Source of the DNA: Candidatus Latescibacterota bacterium
GTDB taxonomy: Bacteria > Latescibacterota > UBA2968 > UBA8231
Direction of reading: 5' to 3'
Assembly (NCBI GenBank): GCA_965197905.1
Contig: CBDAOB010000002.1
Location: 352,001 to 416,000, forward strand
Length of the DNA: 64,000 nt
The position numbers and the translations under genes were made by a program. Below are positions 1 to 8,925 of this stretch, piece after piece. Position 1 is the first letter of the stretch, and every line of letters begins with the position of its first letter. Below the pieces are notes generated by a model. The model was not told the origin of the DNA. It worked only from the letters and a program-made list of their open reading frames with translations, and made no database searches.

Positions 1-208
1 CCACGACGTTGGTCACCAAGCAGGATTGGCCCTGCCTCTTTCTATTCCGTGGCGAGGCGGTGGACGGCATCAACGAGTATCGCTCATGCCCGCCTTTCAA
101 CGCCGATCGGCACATGGAATTTCGCAGCTGCGAAACCTGGTTGCAGTGATCCTTCCCTATCGTTTCTTGTGCGCCCAGCTCCTACGGCCGCTCCGTCCCG
201 GTGCTATC

Positions 209-1882
209 CTATTCCACGAGTCCGAACCCTTCTCTAACGATCAGTAGGCGATCGACAGACAGATCGGCGATGCGGTCCACGGTCCCTGAGGGCCAGCGCA
301 CTTCGACCGTGTCCACCCGCGTGCGCTCGCCCAGCCCAAAGTGGGCGCGCATATCGTTCTGCGACAGATAACTCGACCCCGAGCGGATCTCCCGCAGCTG
401 CACCAGTGAGTCCACTCGGACCCGGACGCGGGCTCCGATGCCCAAACGATTGCTCTTTGTGCCCACCGTTTTTACCTGCAGCCAGTGGCGGTCATTGCCT
501 CCCTTGTTGCGCAGAAGATTGGGTGTATCGTCGATGTTGAACACGGCGATATCGATATCCCCATCGTTGTCGTAGTCGCCGAAAGCCGCCCCGCGACTCG
601 ATTGCACCAGGGCCAACCCTGGACCGGCCTGCTCGGTGACCTCTTCAAAGCGCCCGCCATCGTTGCGAAAGAGCTGGTTCGACTGCCGGTAGCGCTCTGC
701 ATGTCCCTCTACCGCATCCAGCTGCGGGTAGATGTGACCGTTGGCAATGAACAGATCCAGATCCCCGTCGTGATCATAGTCGAAAAACGAGGTCCCCCAG
801 CCCAGGGTCGCGTAGGTCGGTTTATACAGACCGGTGGCAGGGGTAATGTCGTCGAAGTACTTGCCCTGGTTCGTGTACATGGTTGAATAGTCATTGGCAA
901 AATTGGTGACGAAGAGATCGAAATCTCCATCGTTGTCGTAGTCGCCTGCATCGACCCCCATACCCGCCTGCGCTACCCCGTGCCAGGAGCGCCCTGCGCT
1001 CATGCGTGCCCCCACCTCTTTAAAGGTGCCGTCCCCGTTGTTCCGGTAGAGAAAATTCTGATGGATGTCGTTGGCGACGTAGATGTCCGGATCGCCGTCG
1101 TTGTCGTAATCCGTGAGACAAACCCCAAAGCCGTAGGAAGGAACCCAATCCTTCAGACCCGCCTGTTCGGTCACATCCGTGAAGGTGCCGTCCCCGTTGT
1201 TGCGGTAGAAAACATCGGGGTCGCCCTTGAGCCCGCGAGGTCCTACCAGGACGTTTCCGACACCCATCCAGACCAAACTCCGCTCCGCCTTCAGGACCTC
1301 TTCTATGGGGTAGTTCACATAGTTGGCCACATAGAGATCCAAGTCGCCATCCCCGTCATGATCCACGAAGATCGCGCCGGTACCCCCGCTGTCGTCGCCG
1401 ACTCCGGTCATGCTCGTGACGTCGGCAAAACTGCCGTCACCGCGGTTGCGGTAGAGCACGTTCGAGCCCGTGTTGGTGACGTATAGATCCGGATGGCCAT
1501 CGTTGTCGTAATCGCCCACGCTCGCGCCAACGCCCCAACCCCGGTCCCCAACTCCGGCACGGGTCGTCAGATCCTCAAAGCTTCCATCTCCTCGGTTGCG
1601 GTAGAGCACATTGGCTCCCCTCAGCGTCACCTTCCGGTCTTGGATCCTCCAGCCATTGACCACGTAGAGATCGAGATCGCCGTCGTCGTCGTAATCGAAG
1701 AACGCCCCTCCGGTGCCGCTCGCCTCCTGGATGTGGTTCTTTTCCAGGCTGCCGCAGTAGGTCACCACATCCAGGCCGGCCTGGGCTGCCACGTCCTCAA
1801 AGACGACCTCCGCCCACACCTTCTGCCCCAAAGCAGGCGGGAGGAGCAATATTGCCGCAACCGCATACCAGACCTGCACCAT
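209..1882 (-). CDS. CRTAC1/ASPIC-UnbV family FG-GAP repeat secreted protein
   Basis: Repeated DYDNDGDxDLYVxN and NxLYRNxGDGTFxDVT motifs, C-terminal ASPIC/UnbV motif (SNRLGIGARV...SQNDMRAHFGLG). Start set at ATG 1882 (AAGGAG RBS, signal peptide follows) rather than 1933. Confidence 0.9.
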   Translation of the reverse strand: MVQVWYAVAAILLLPPALGQKVWAEVVFEDVAAQAGLDVVTYCGSLEKNHIQEASGTGGAFFDYDDDGDLDLYVVNGWRIQDRKVTLRGANVLYRNRGDGSFEDLTTRAGVGDRGWGVGASVGDYDNDGHPDLYVTNTGSNVLYRNRGDGSFADVTSMTGVGDDSGGTGAIFVDHDGDGDLDLYVANYVNYPIEEVLKAERSLVWMGVGNVLVGPRGLKGDPDVFYRNNGDGTFTDVTEQAGLKDWVPSYGFGVCLTDYDNDGDPDIYVANDIHQNFLYRNNGDGTFKEVGARMSAGRSWHGVAQAGMGVDAGDYDNDGDFDLFVTNFANDYSTMYTNQGKYFDDITPATGLYKPTYATLGWGTSFFDYDHDGDLDLFIANGHIYPQLDAVEGHAERYRQSNQLFRNDGGRFEEVTEQAGPGLALVQSSRGAAFGDYDNDGDIDIAVFNIDDTPNLLRNKGGNDRHWLQVKTVGTKSNRLGIGARVRVRVDSLVQLREIRSGSSYLSQNDMRAHFGLGERTRVDTVEVRWPSGTVDRIADLSVDRLLIVREGFGLVE

Positions 1883-2264
1883 TCTGTGCTCCTTCAATTT
1901 ACCCCAACTAGTAGGGGTAGAAACGCGCCTCATGATCCGCTATATCCCCTCCTGCCATTCCACGGTGACCGTCGCCAATGTACTCACATTGATATTCTGG
2001 GCATCTATCGTAAAATTGTGTCGCATATCTATGCTGGCCAACTGTCGTCACGCCCTCCCCCGGCTCAAAGGTCAAAAACATGCAGCAAGCACCATTTTTT
2101 TATATTCATAATGATAGCGCTTGGCTTTGCCCGGCGACACAGGTGGGCCCTGGTTGACACGCTGGCGGAATTGGGTCTGGATGTGGAAGGGATCGAAGCG
2201 GAAGTGGATTTTATTGGTCGGCTGGTCGAGAAGATGAGAACCTGATGTTCAGGAGGAGGCGCAG

Positions 2265-3284
2265 ATAAAACGGTGGCTAATGGCCCTATTGCTTAGCGCT
2301 GTGTACAGCGCCTCTGTATGGGCCCAGAACGTTGACTTCGAGACCGCCCGTAGCCAAGCAGAGGTAGTAGTCCTGGAGGGCGACTTTGCGATTGGTTCCC
2401 AAGAAGATCTCGACGGGCTGATCACTGCTGCTGGAGACAGGTCCTTCGCTATTGCGGGCAACCTGACCGTGGAGCAGTCTCCTCTCACCACGCTGGCCGG
2501 TTTGAAGAATCTCACCAGCGTCGGGAGCCTGGTTATCGATCGCAATGCCGCTCTGACCAGCTTGGTGGGGCTGAGTAACCTCACCGGCGTCAAGAGCTTG
2601 ACGATTCGCTTCAATGGGTCTCTGACTACCCTGGAAGGTCTGAACAACTTCACCAGCGTCGGGGGGTACTTGGCAATCGCAAACAATGCTGCACTGACGA
2701 GTGTGGCGGCGTTGAGTAACCTCACCCACGTCGGGGGGGACCTGAGAATCAGCGGCAATGCCGCTCTGACCAGCCTGGTGGGGTTGAGTAACCTCACCCG
2801 CGTCAAGAGCCTGACTATTCGCTTCAATGGGTCTCTGACTACCTTGGAAGGTTTGAATAATCTCACCAGCGTCGGGGGGGACCTGGTAGTCGAGAACAGT
2901 GTCGGTCTGCCGAATCTGGCGGCGCTGAGTAACCTCACCCACGTTGAGGAGGATCTGGTCATCGACTTCAATCCTGCTCTGACCAGCCTGGAAGGCCTGA
3001 ACAACCTCACCCGCGTCGGGGGGGACCTGGTAGTCAAGAACCATGGGTCTCTGACTACCTTGGAAGGTTTGAATAATCTCACCCGCGTCGGGGGGGACTT
3101 GGTAGTCAGGATCAATGGCGCTCTGACCAGTCTGGCGGCGTTGAGTACTCTCACCCGCGTTGGGGGGGACCTGGTAGTCAGTGACAACTCAGTTTTACCA
3201 ACCAATTCAGCTCAGGCCTTTGCAGACAGGCTGATTGCGGGTGGCTTTACAGGTCAGGTCACAATCAGAGCGAATAAACCATAG
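2265..3284 (+). CDS. Secreted leucine-rich / receptor-L-domain-like repeat protein (about 10 repeats of 23-24 aa)
   Basis: Repeats LTSLxGLxNLTxVGGDLxIxxN, N-terminal signal peptide. Strong SD AGGAGGAGG (2251-2259) precedes an in-frame ATA at 2265. First ATG is at 2280. Confidence 0.85.
   Translation: MKRWLMALLLSAVYSASVWAQNVDFETARSQAEVVVLEGDFAIGSQEDLDGLITAAGDRSFAIAGNLTVEQSPLTTLAGLKNLTSVGSLVIDRNAALTSLVGLSNLTGVKSLTIRFNGSLTTLEGLNNFTSVGGYLAIANNAALTSVAALSNLTHVGGDLRISGNAALTSLVGLSNLTRVKSLTIRFNGSLTTLEGLNNLTSVGGDLVVENSVGLPNLAALSNLTHVEEDLVIDFNPALTSLEGLNNLTRVGGDLVVKNHGSLTTLEGLNNLTRVGGDLVVRINGALTSLAALSTLTRVGGDLVVSDNSVLPTNSAQAFADRLIAGGFTGQVTIRANKP
3184..3210 (+). repeat. 27-bp direct repeat, copy 1 (ACAACTCAGTTTTACCAACCAATTCAG)
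   Basis: Identical to 4307-4333. Confidence 0.95.
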
Positions 3285-3461
3285 CAGGCCGAGTAATATT
3301 TGCGGTCCGCCGCGCAACCTGACCAGGATCGCGACCAACCCATCTGCGTGGATATCGCTACTCCGCCGCACTTCAAGTGGGTTTGGTGCCCGGTCAAACC
3401 AAGTAGTGCTTCTGAGGCGCGGAGAAGGAGTGTCGACGATAGACAACAGCAGGAGGATGTG

Positions 3462-4298
3462 ATGCGGCTAAGTCCAATGGTGGGGATTCCGAAAGACGGC
3501 GCGGCCGGGGATTCACTGGTGCAGACGGTAGATCGGTTCTCGGCGAAAACCATATCGACCTATACGGGCGGTGACTGGTCCGAAAAGGATGTGGTTCAGG
3601 CGCGCAGTATTCTGGACGAATGCGGGATCTCGGTGGGCGAGTTCTGCTGGATGAGGATCGATCTGAATGCCTCCCTGAGTGAGCAGACTGAAGAGTTTAA
3701 GCGGCATCTATCCCACGGTGCGCTACTCAAGGCCCATTGCGCCGGTTTTGCCATGAAACCAGAGGGAGCCACTCCCTTCGATCCGGTGACGGAAAAGAAC
3801 TGGAACCGCGAAACCTGGTTGCGGTGTCTCGATCGCGTTGCGGTTCTGCTGCAAATTGCTCAGGAGCAGGATATGGTGGTTGCCGCGCATCCGCATTTGC
3901 TCACGCCGTTGAACTCCATCGCTCGATACCGGGAACTGTTGGGAAGCTTCAACGCCAGACACTTGAAGGTGCTCTTCGATCCGGTAAACCTTGTGCATCC
4001 GGAGGATGTCTTCAACACGGCTCAGGTTATCAACGACCTCTTCGATGCCCTTGACGAGGACATCGTGGCCATTCACACCAAAGACGTCATCCTGACACAC
4101 GGATCGGGGGGATTGCTACAACTGGAAGAGACCGTACCAGGTCGCGGCGTCCTCGACTACAAGGTCCTGCTGCGGCGAGGCAGTGCGCTGGCGCCCGAGG
4201 TGACGATGCAAGTGGAGCATTTCGAGGGGGACGACATCGTCGAGGGCCAGGACTACATACGGCGCGTAGCCGGAGACCTGAATCTCACCATCGGCTGA
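3462..4298 (+). CDS. Sugar phosphate isomerase/epimerase (xylose-isomerase-like TIM barrel)
   Basis: Motifs LKVLFDPVN, IHTKD, PGRGVLDY, VEH. AGGAGG RBS before ATG 3462. Confidence 0.8.
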   Translation: MRLSPMVGIPKDGAAGDSLVQTVDRFSAKTISTYTGGDWSEKDVVQARSILDECGISVGEFCWMRIDLNASLSEQTEEFKRHLSHGALLKAHCAGFAMKPEGATPFDPVTEKNWNRETWLRCLDRVAVLLQIAQEQDMVVAAHPHLLTPLNSIARYRELLGSFNARHLKVLFDPVNLVHPEDVFNTAQVINDLFDALDEDIVAIHTKDVILTHGSGGLLQLEETVPGRGVLDYKVLLRRGSALAPEVTMQVEHFEGDDIVEGQDYIRRVAGDLNLTIG

Positions 4299-4306
4299 AG
4301 TCAATT

Positions 4307-4333
4307 ACAACTCAGTTTTACCAACCAATTCAG
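4307..4333 (+). repeat. 27-bp direct repeat, copy 2 (intergenic)
   Basis: Identical to 3184-3210 inside the LRR gene. Confidence 0.95.
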
Positions 4334-4388
4334 GCGCACTATCGGGCGGCCACACAACTAACTCGAATTTGAGCATTGCAATCGCGGG

Positions 4389-5671
4389 ATGGGGACGTTG
4401 CGTTTCCGAATAGAAATAGTCGTTTTTATCGCCGGGGCGGCAATAATGATATTCGAGCTCGTGGGTTCGCGTGTCATGGCGCCGTACCTTGGGACTTCGC
4501 TCTACGTATGGACCAGCCTCATCGGGGTTATTCTGGGCAGTCTCAGTTTCGGATACTGGTACGGGGGACGGCTTGCTGACAGGCGGCCCGAGCACTGCGG
4601 TGCTTTCAAAGATACTCTTCGCAGCTGCGATTCTTGTAGCCGGCAGTTTCGTATTTCGATTACCTCACATTGAAATTCGTGCGGAGCTTGCTTCCCGACC
4701 TGCGCGCTGCCTCCTTCGCTGGCGCGGTTATTCTGTTTGCTCCAGCGAGTGTGCTCTTGGGAATGGTGGCGCCCTTTGCCGTGCGCCTGCAGTTGAGCGA
4801 CATCGAAGAAACTGGTGAAGTTGTCGGACACCTATACGCGATTTCCACGGTTGGCAGCATTAGCGGGACGTTTCTCGCCGGGTTTTTTCTCATTGCCTTT
4901 TTCGGAACGACGCAAATCCTTCTGGTACTGTCTGTTCTTCTGCTGGCAGCGTCGTTTGTCGGGCTCACAATGAAAAAGACGAAGCGCCGGGTAGTAGCCA
5001 GCCTTCTTCTCTTACTTGCGGTATCTTTCCGCGCACATCTACATCACAACTCCGATACCGGGCGAATCGATATTGACACAGATTATAACCGAGTGTGGAT
5101 CGATGATTCAGTCTTTGGGGAATCGAAGCGACGGGGGCGCCTTCTTCGAATCGATGGCTTATTCGCGCAAGCGGCGGTGTACCTCGACAATCTCAACGAA
5201 CTCTACCCGAACTACACGCGATTCTACCGCCTCGCAGAACATTTTCGTCCGGACGCCCGTGCTGCGCTGGCCATCGGCGGCGGCGGCTATACCTTTCCTC
5301 GCGACTATCTTCGGCGCAATGCAGATGTGGCAATTGACGCTGTGGAAATAGATCCGCAGCTTACGGAATTGTCGCGTCAATATTTTGCTCTCCGCGATCA
5401 TCCGCGGATGAAGATTCATCACGAAGACGGCCGCATGTTCGTCGCGCGGACGGAGAAAAAGTACGATGTTGTGTTCTTAGATGCTTTTAACTCAGCAGCG
5501 ACCATTCCGTTTCACCTTACAACGCTCGAATTTACCAGAGAGCTCGTGGGCGTGCTCGGGCCCAACGGCGTTCTCATTACCAATGTCGTATCTGCGATTG
5601 AAGGCGACCGCGGCCGGATGCTTCGCGCTTTGTATGCAGCGTACCAAAAGGTGACGATGTTGCAGCATTAA
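4389..5671 (+). pseudogene. Fused MFS/spermidine synthase-like gene, two +1 frameshifts and apparently truncated C-terminus
   Basis: N-terminal ELVGSRVMAPYLGTSLYVWTSLIGVIL in one frame, STAVLSKILFAAAIL in a second, and the rest (LAIGGGGYTFP, VEIDP, EDGR, YDVVFLDAF, PFHLTTLEF) in a third. Shifts at CCC 4587-4589 and TTT 4654-4656. Ends abruptly at YQKVTMLQH*. Confidence 0.75.
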
Positions 5672-5902
5672 CAGATAATTATGCCCCCGTAGAGCACTAT
5701 TCGAAGGGCGTACTTCAGTACTACTTATGAGATGTGGTTTTGAGTAAAATCTGGCTCCAGCCGCGGAACGGGGCGGCGGCCAATGGCCCCCCTTCGCGGT
5801 TCTAAGACGCACCGCTCTCCTCGCACTCGCCGCTCGCCTTTGGTCATAGGGACTGGATGCTCGAGGGGCACGTTGCGCTGAAAAGGATCTACGCAGCAGG
5901 AC

Positions 5903-8797
5903 ATGCCTAGCGCGATGACCGCACCACGCCGCAGCTCCGCCTTGCTCGCCGGAGCGTTGTTCACGCTGTCAGGGGCGCTCGGACTGGGGTACCAGCTCGT
6001 GTGGATCCACAAAGCAACCCTGGTCGTGGGCGCAAGCCAGATCGCCCTGGCCACAGTGGTCACCAGCTTCTTCCTGGGACTTGCTCTGGGCAGCCTGGTG
6101 GTGGGGGGGCACCTTCGCAGCCGGCGTTTCTCACCGCTCTACGTCTACGGATTTTTCGAAGCAGCCATCGGCATCTACGCGCTCGCATTTCCGCTATTTT
6201 TCGAGTGGGTTGAGGCTGCGTACGTGGTCCTGTATCCCTTCGTTGCGATCAGCAGCGAGGCGCTCTTCCTGTTGCGCTTTGGACTGCTGTTCCTACTGTT
6301 CCTCGTGCCCACCTTCTTTATGGGAGGCACGCTGCCGCTGCTGCTGGACGGCCTCGTGGAACGAGACGCTGCGATCGGCTCCCTCACCAGCCTATTCTAC
6401 GGCCTCAACATTATGGGCGCCGTGCTCGGCGTGCTGTTAACGGGCTATCTGGCGATCCCCGGCTTGGGCATGAACGGAACCAGCCTTGCCGCCGGCATCG
6501 GGAATCTCTCCATCGCCGCATTGGCCCTCGTCGCCTTTCGGCGTGCGGCACCGATTCACATTCCGTCCGAGGCGGCCAAACGCCTGCCGGGACCGAACGC
6601 CTTCTTCTGCGTTTTGGCCGTTCTCTCAGGGCTCGCGGCGATCGGATACCAGGTTGCCTGGATGCGCTATTTCTCGCTTTTCAAACCAGCCAGCGTGTAC
6701 CTCACCGCGATCCTGCTGGCCGTGTTCCTCGCCGCGCTGGCCGCCGGGAGCATGATCATGGCGCGAGTGCTCGCGAGCGGCATTCACCCTCTGCGGGTCG
6801 TGGCCCTGCTGCAGCCGTTGGCCGCCTTGCTCGTGCTCTACAGCCTGGATTGGTGGACCCTGGCAGGCTACGAGATCCCCTCGCAGACTGCGACGGGGCG
6901 ACCGAGTTGGTACTTTGTTAGCGAAGCCGCCGACGCCACCTTCTTTGCGCCCCTCTTCCAGATCAGCCTCGTGGTCTTTCTTCCCGTGACGCTGCTAGGT
7001 ACTGCGCTCCCCGGTATCATCGCCGCTGCCACGCGACACAGCGCCGAGCTACGGAACGCGGCAGGCCGCCTGGTCTTCTGGAACACGCTGGGCGCGAGCG
7101 CCGGAGGCTTCGCGGCAGGCTATCTCCTGATTCCAGCGTTGGGCCTCACCAGCACGCTGTTCGCTTTGACGCTGCTGACTCTGGCGCTGGGAATTGCTGC
7201 CGAGAGCCGGCTCGTGAGCGCAGGCGGTCGTTCAAGGCGATTCCCCTTCGGTCTGGGTCACGGCTTCTGTATTCTGGTACTGGTCGCCTGCTTTTTGTTC
7301 TTACGGCGCGACGTGACCCTGCATACGGTGCGCACCCATGGTGTGGGTAAAAGGTTCAAGGATGCGCAGCTCATCGACATGGTGGAGGGACCGATCGCGA
7401 CGGCTTCTGTCTTCGCCGACCCAAAGAACCGCTACATCGCATCGGGGGATCAGGTCCTGGCGGTGGTGCGCGACGGCGTGCTCCCCGTCCAGGCGATCGA
7501 GGGCCACCTGCCCGCGCTCTTCTACCCGCGGCCCGGAACGCCGAAGCGCATCCTCGGCATCGCCCTCGGCTCCGGACAGTCCTTCGGGGCCCTGCTGCAC
7601 TATCCGATTGAACACATGGACGTGGTCGACATTTCGCCTGAGATAGTCGAGCTGGCCCTGGAACATTTCCGGGAATTCAACGGTGATCTAGGCAACGAGC
7701 CACGGGTATCCGTGCACCTGGACGACGGACGCCACTTCGTGCAGCGCGCTGCGCCGGCCTCCTACGACGTCGTCTCCATGGAGCCTCCACCACCTACCGC
7801 GGAGGGGGTGCACGCGCTCTACTCGCTGGAGTTCTACCGCGGTGTAGAGCGCGTCCTGCGCGAAGACGGTGTGCTGATGCAGTGGGTGCCTCTGTACTGG
7901 CTCACGCCGAATGAAGCGCGGGGGGTGGTGAAGACGCTGGCGGCCGTCTTCCCCCACACGTTCGTAGTGCGCACGGGCGCGGTCGACTTCATGACGCTGA
8001 GCTTCAAGCGGAAGGACCCGCCTCGCTTCAGCACCGCATGGATCGAGGAGCGCGCGAAGATCTTTGCACAGGAGCGTTGGGTGAAGGCCAAGCGCTGGAC
8101 CGAGGAGTGCCGTCACGAGACCGCGTCGCTGGAGGGCATCCTGGCGCTAATCCACGCTGGTCCGGAAGACATCGCACGCATGCGGGCACCGTACATCTAT
8201 CGGGATGACGACCAGCGCCTGAGCTTCTCTAGCGGCGATCGCCAGCTGTTGCGGCGCTACCCGTTCAAGCGTCGGATCTCCTTCACGTTCGCGGCGCTGC
8301 CGCTAACGCCGTTCCGCGAGCTCCAGCGCTACTTCGTCGAGCCCATTCCGGTGGCCGAGCTCGACGAGGAGCGGGCGCGGGCGCTGAGGGCCGGCCATCA
8401 CCTGGCCTCGCCCGCCGAGGTCGCCGAGGCAGAGAAGCGATTCCGCAGCGCCGCAACGCCGGCGGCTCGCGCGGATTGGGCGCTGCGTGTCGCCGAGCTG
8501 CGGCGCCTCGATTTTGAGGTGAGCCTGGCCTGGCTGCGCCGGGCCATCGACGCTCACCCTGCTAGCGGTAGCGATCGGCGTGCCAACGCGGTCGCGCGGT
8601 CGCACGTACACGTTCACGCGTCAGAGCTGCGGCACTGGATCGACGCGCTCCCGCCGCGGGCGCGGGCGTCGCGCCTTGTGCACGCCGTCGAGAATGAACT
8701 CAAAAGCTACCTGGAGGGCGAGCGCGAGCAGCGCTCGGCGTACCTGTGGCACAAATTGACGCAGACGTTGTCGGTGGGGACGACAGAGTCGGAGTAA
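5903..8797 (+). CDS. Fused MFS/spermidine synthase-like SAM-binding membrane protein (964 aa)
   Basis: Two hydrophobic halves (SGALGLGYQLVW, SGLAAIGYQVAW), then a SAM fold (ILGIALGSGQS, VVDISPEI, DDGRHFV, YDVVSMEPPPP, LYSLEFY) and a helical tail. Confidence 0.85.
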   Translation: MPSAMTAPRRSSALLAGALFTLSGALGLGYQLVWIHKATLVVGASQIALATVVTSFFLGLALGSLVVGGHLRSRRFSPLYVYGFFEAAIGIYALAFPLFFEWVEAAYVVLYPFVAISSEALFLLRFGLLFLLFLVPTFFMGGTLPLLLDGLVERDAAIGSLTSLFYGLNIMGAVLGVLLTGYLAIPGLGMNGTSLAAGIGNLSIAALALVAFRRAAPIHIPSEAAKRLPGPNAFFCVLAVLSGLAAIGYQVAWMRYFSLFKPASVYLTAILLAVFLAALAAGSMIMARVLASGIHPLRVVALLQPLAALLVLYSLDWWTLAGYEIPSQTATGRPSWYFVSEAADATFFAPLFQISLVVFLPVTLLGTALPGIIAAATRHSAELRNAAGRLVFWNTLGASAGGFAAGYLLIPALGLTSTLFALTLLTLALGIAAESRLVSAGGRSRRFPFGLGHGFCILVLVACFLFLRRDVTLHTVRTHGVGKRFKDAQLIDMVEGPIATASVFADPKNRYIASGDQVLAVVRDGVLPVQAIEGHLPALFYPRPGTPKRILGIALGSGQSFGALLHYPIEHMDVVDISPEIVELALEHFREFNGDLGNEPRVSVHLDDGRHFVQRAAPASYDVVSMEPPPPTAEGVHALYSLEFYRGVERVLREDGVLMQWVPLYWLTPNEARGVVKTLAAVFPHTFVVRTGAVDFMTLSFKRKDPPRFSTAWIEERAKIFAQERWVKAKRWTEECRHETASLEGILALIHAGPEDIARMRAPYIYRDDDQRLSFSSGDRQLLRRYPFKRRISFTFAALPLTPFRELQRYFVEPIPVAELDEERARALRAGHHLASPAEVAEAEKRFRSAATPAARADWALRVAELRRLDFEVSLAWLRRAIDAHPASGSDRRANAVARSHVHVHASELRHWIDALPPRARASRLVHAVENELKSYLEGEREQRSAYLWHKLTQTLSVGTTESE

Positions 8798-8858
8798 GGA
8801 GGAAGACGGGGGAGAGCAGCCGCCTGGCGTTCGCTGCGGACTTCCTCACGCACTACCC

Positions 8859-8898
8859 AAAAAAATACAGGGGCAGATCATTACAATCTGCCCCTGTA
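8859..8898 (-). terminator. Rho-independent terminator
   Basis: 13-bp perfect stem TACAGGGGCAGAT (8866-8878) / ATCTGCCCCTGTA (8886-8898) with an A7 run (U-tail on the minus strand), just after the stop of 8926..10872. Confidence 0.85.
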
Positions 8899-8925
8899 CG
8901 GTTTAACGGATCGATCAGATCAGGA

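Noticed and set aside
2249..3205. 318-aa and 252-aa antisense ORFs with repeats
   Set aside because: They are shadows of the repetitive LRR gene on the + strand.
2265..4333. Diversity-generating retroelement (27-bp repeat as TR/VR)
   Set aside because: The repeat is short and identical, with no adenine-specific differences and no reverse transcriptase in the window.
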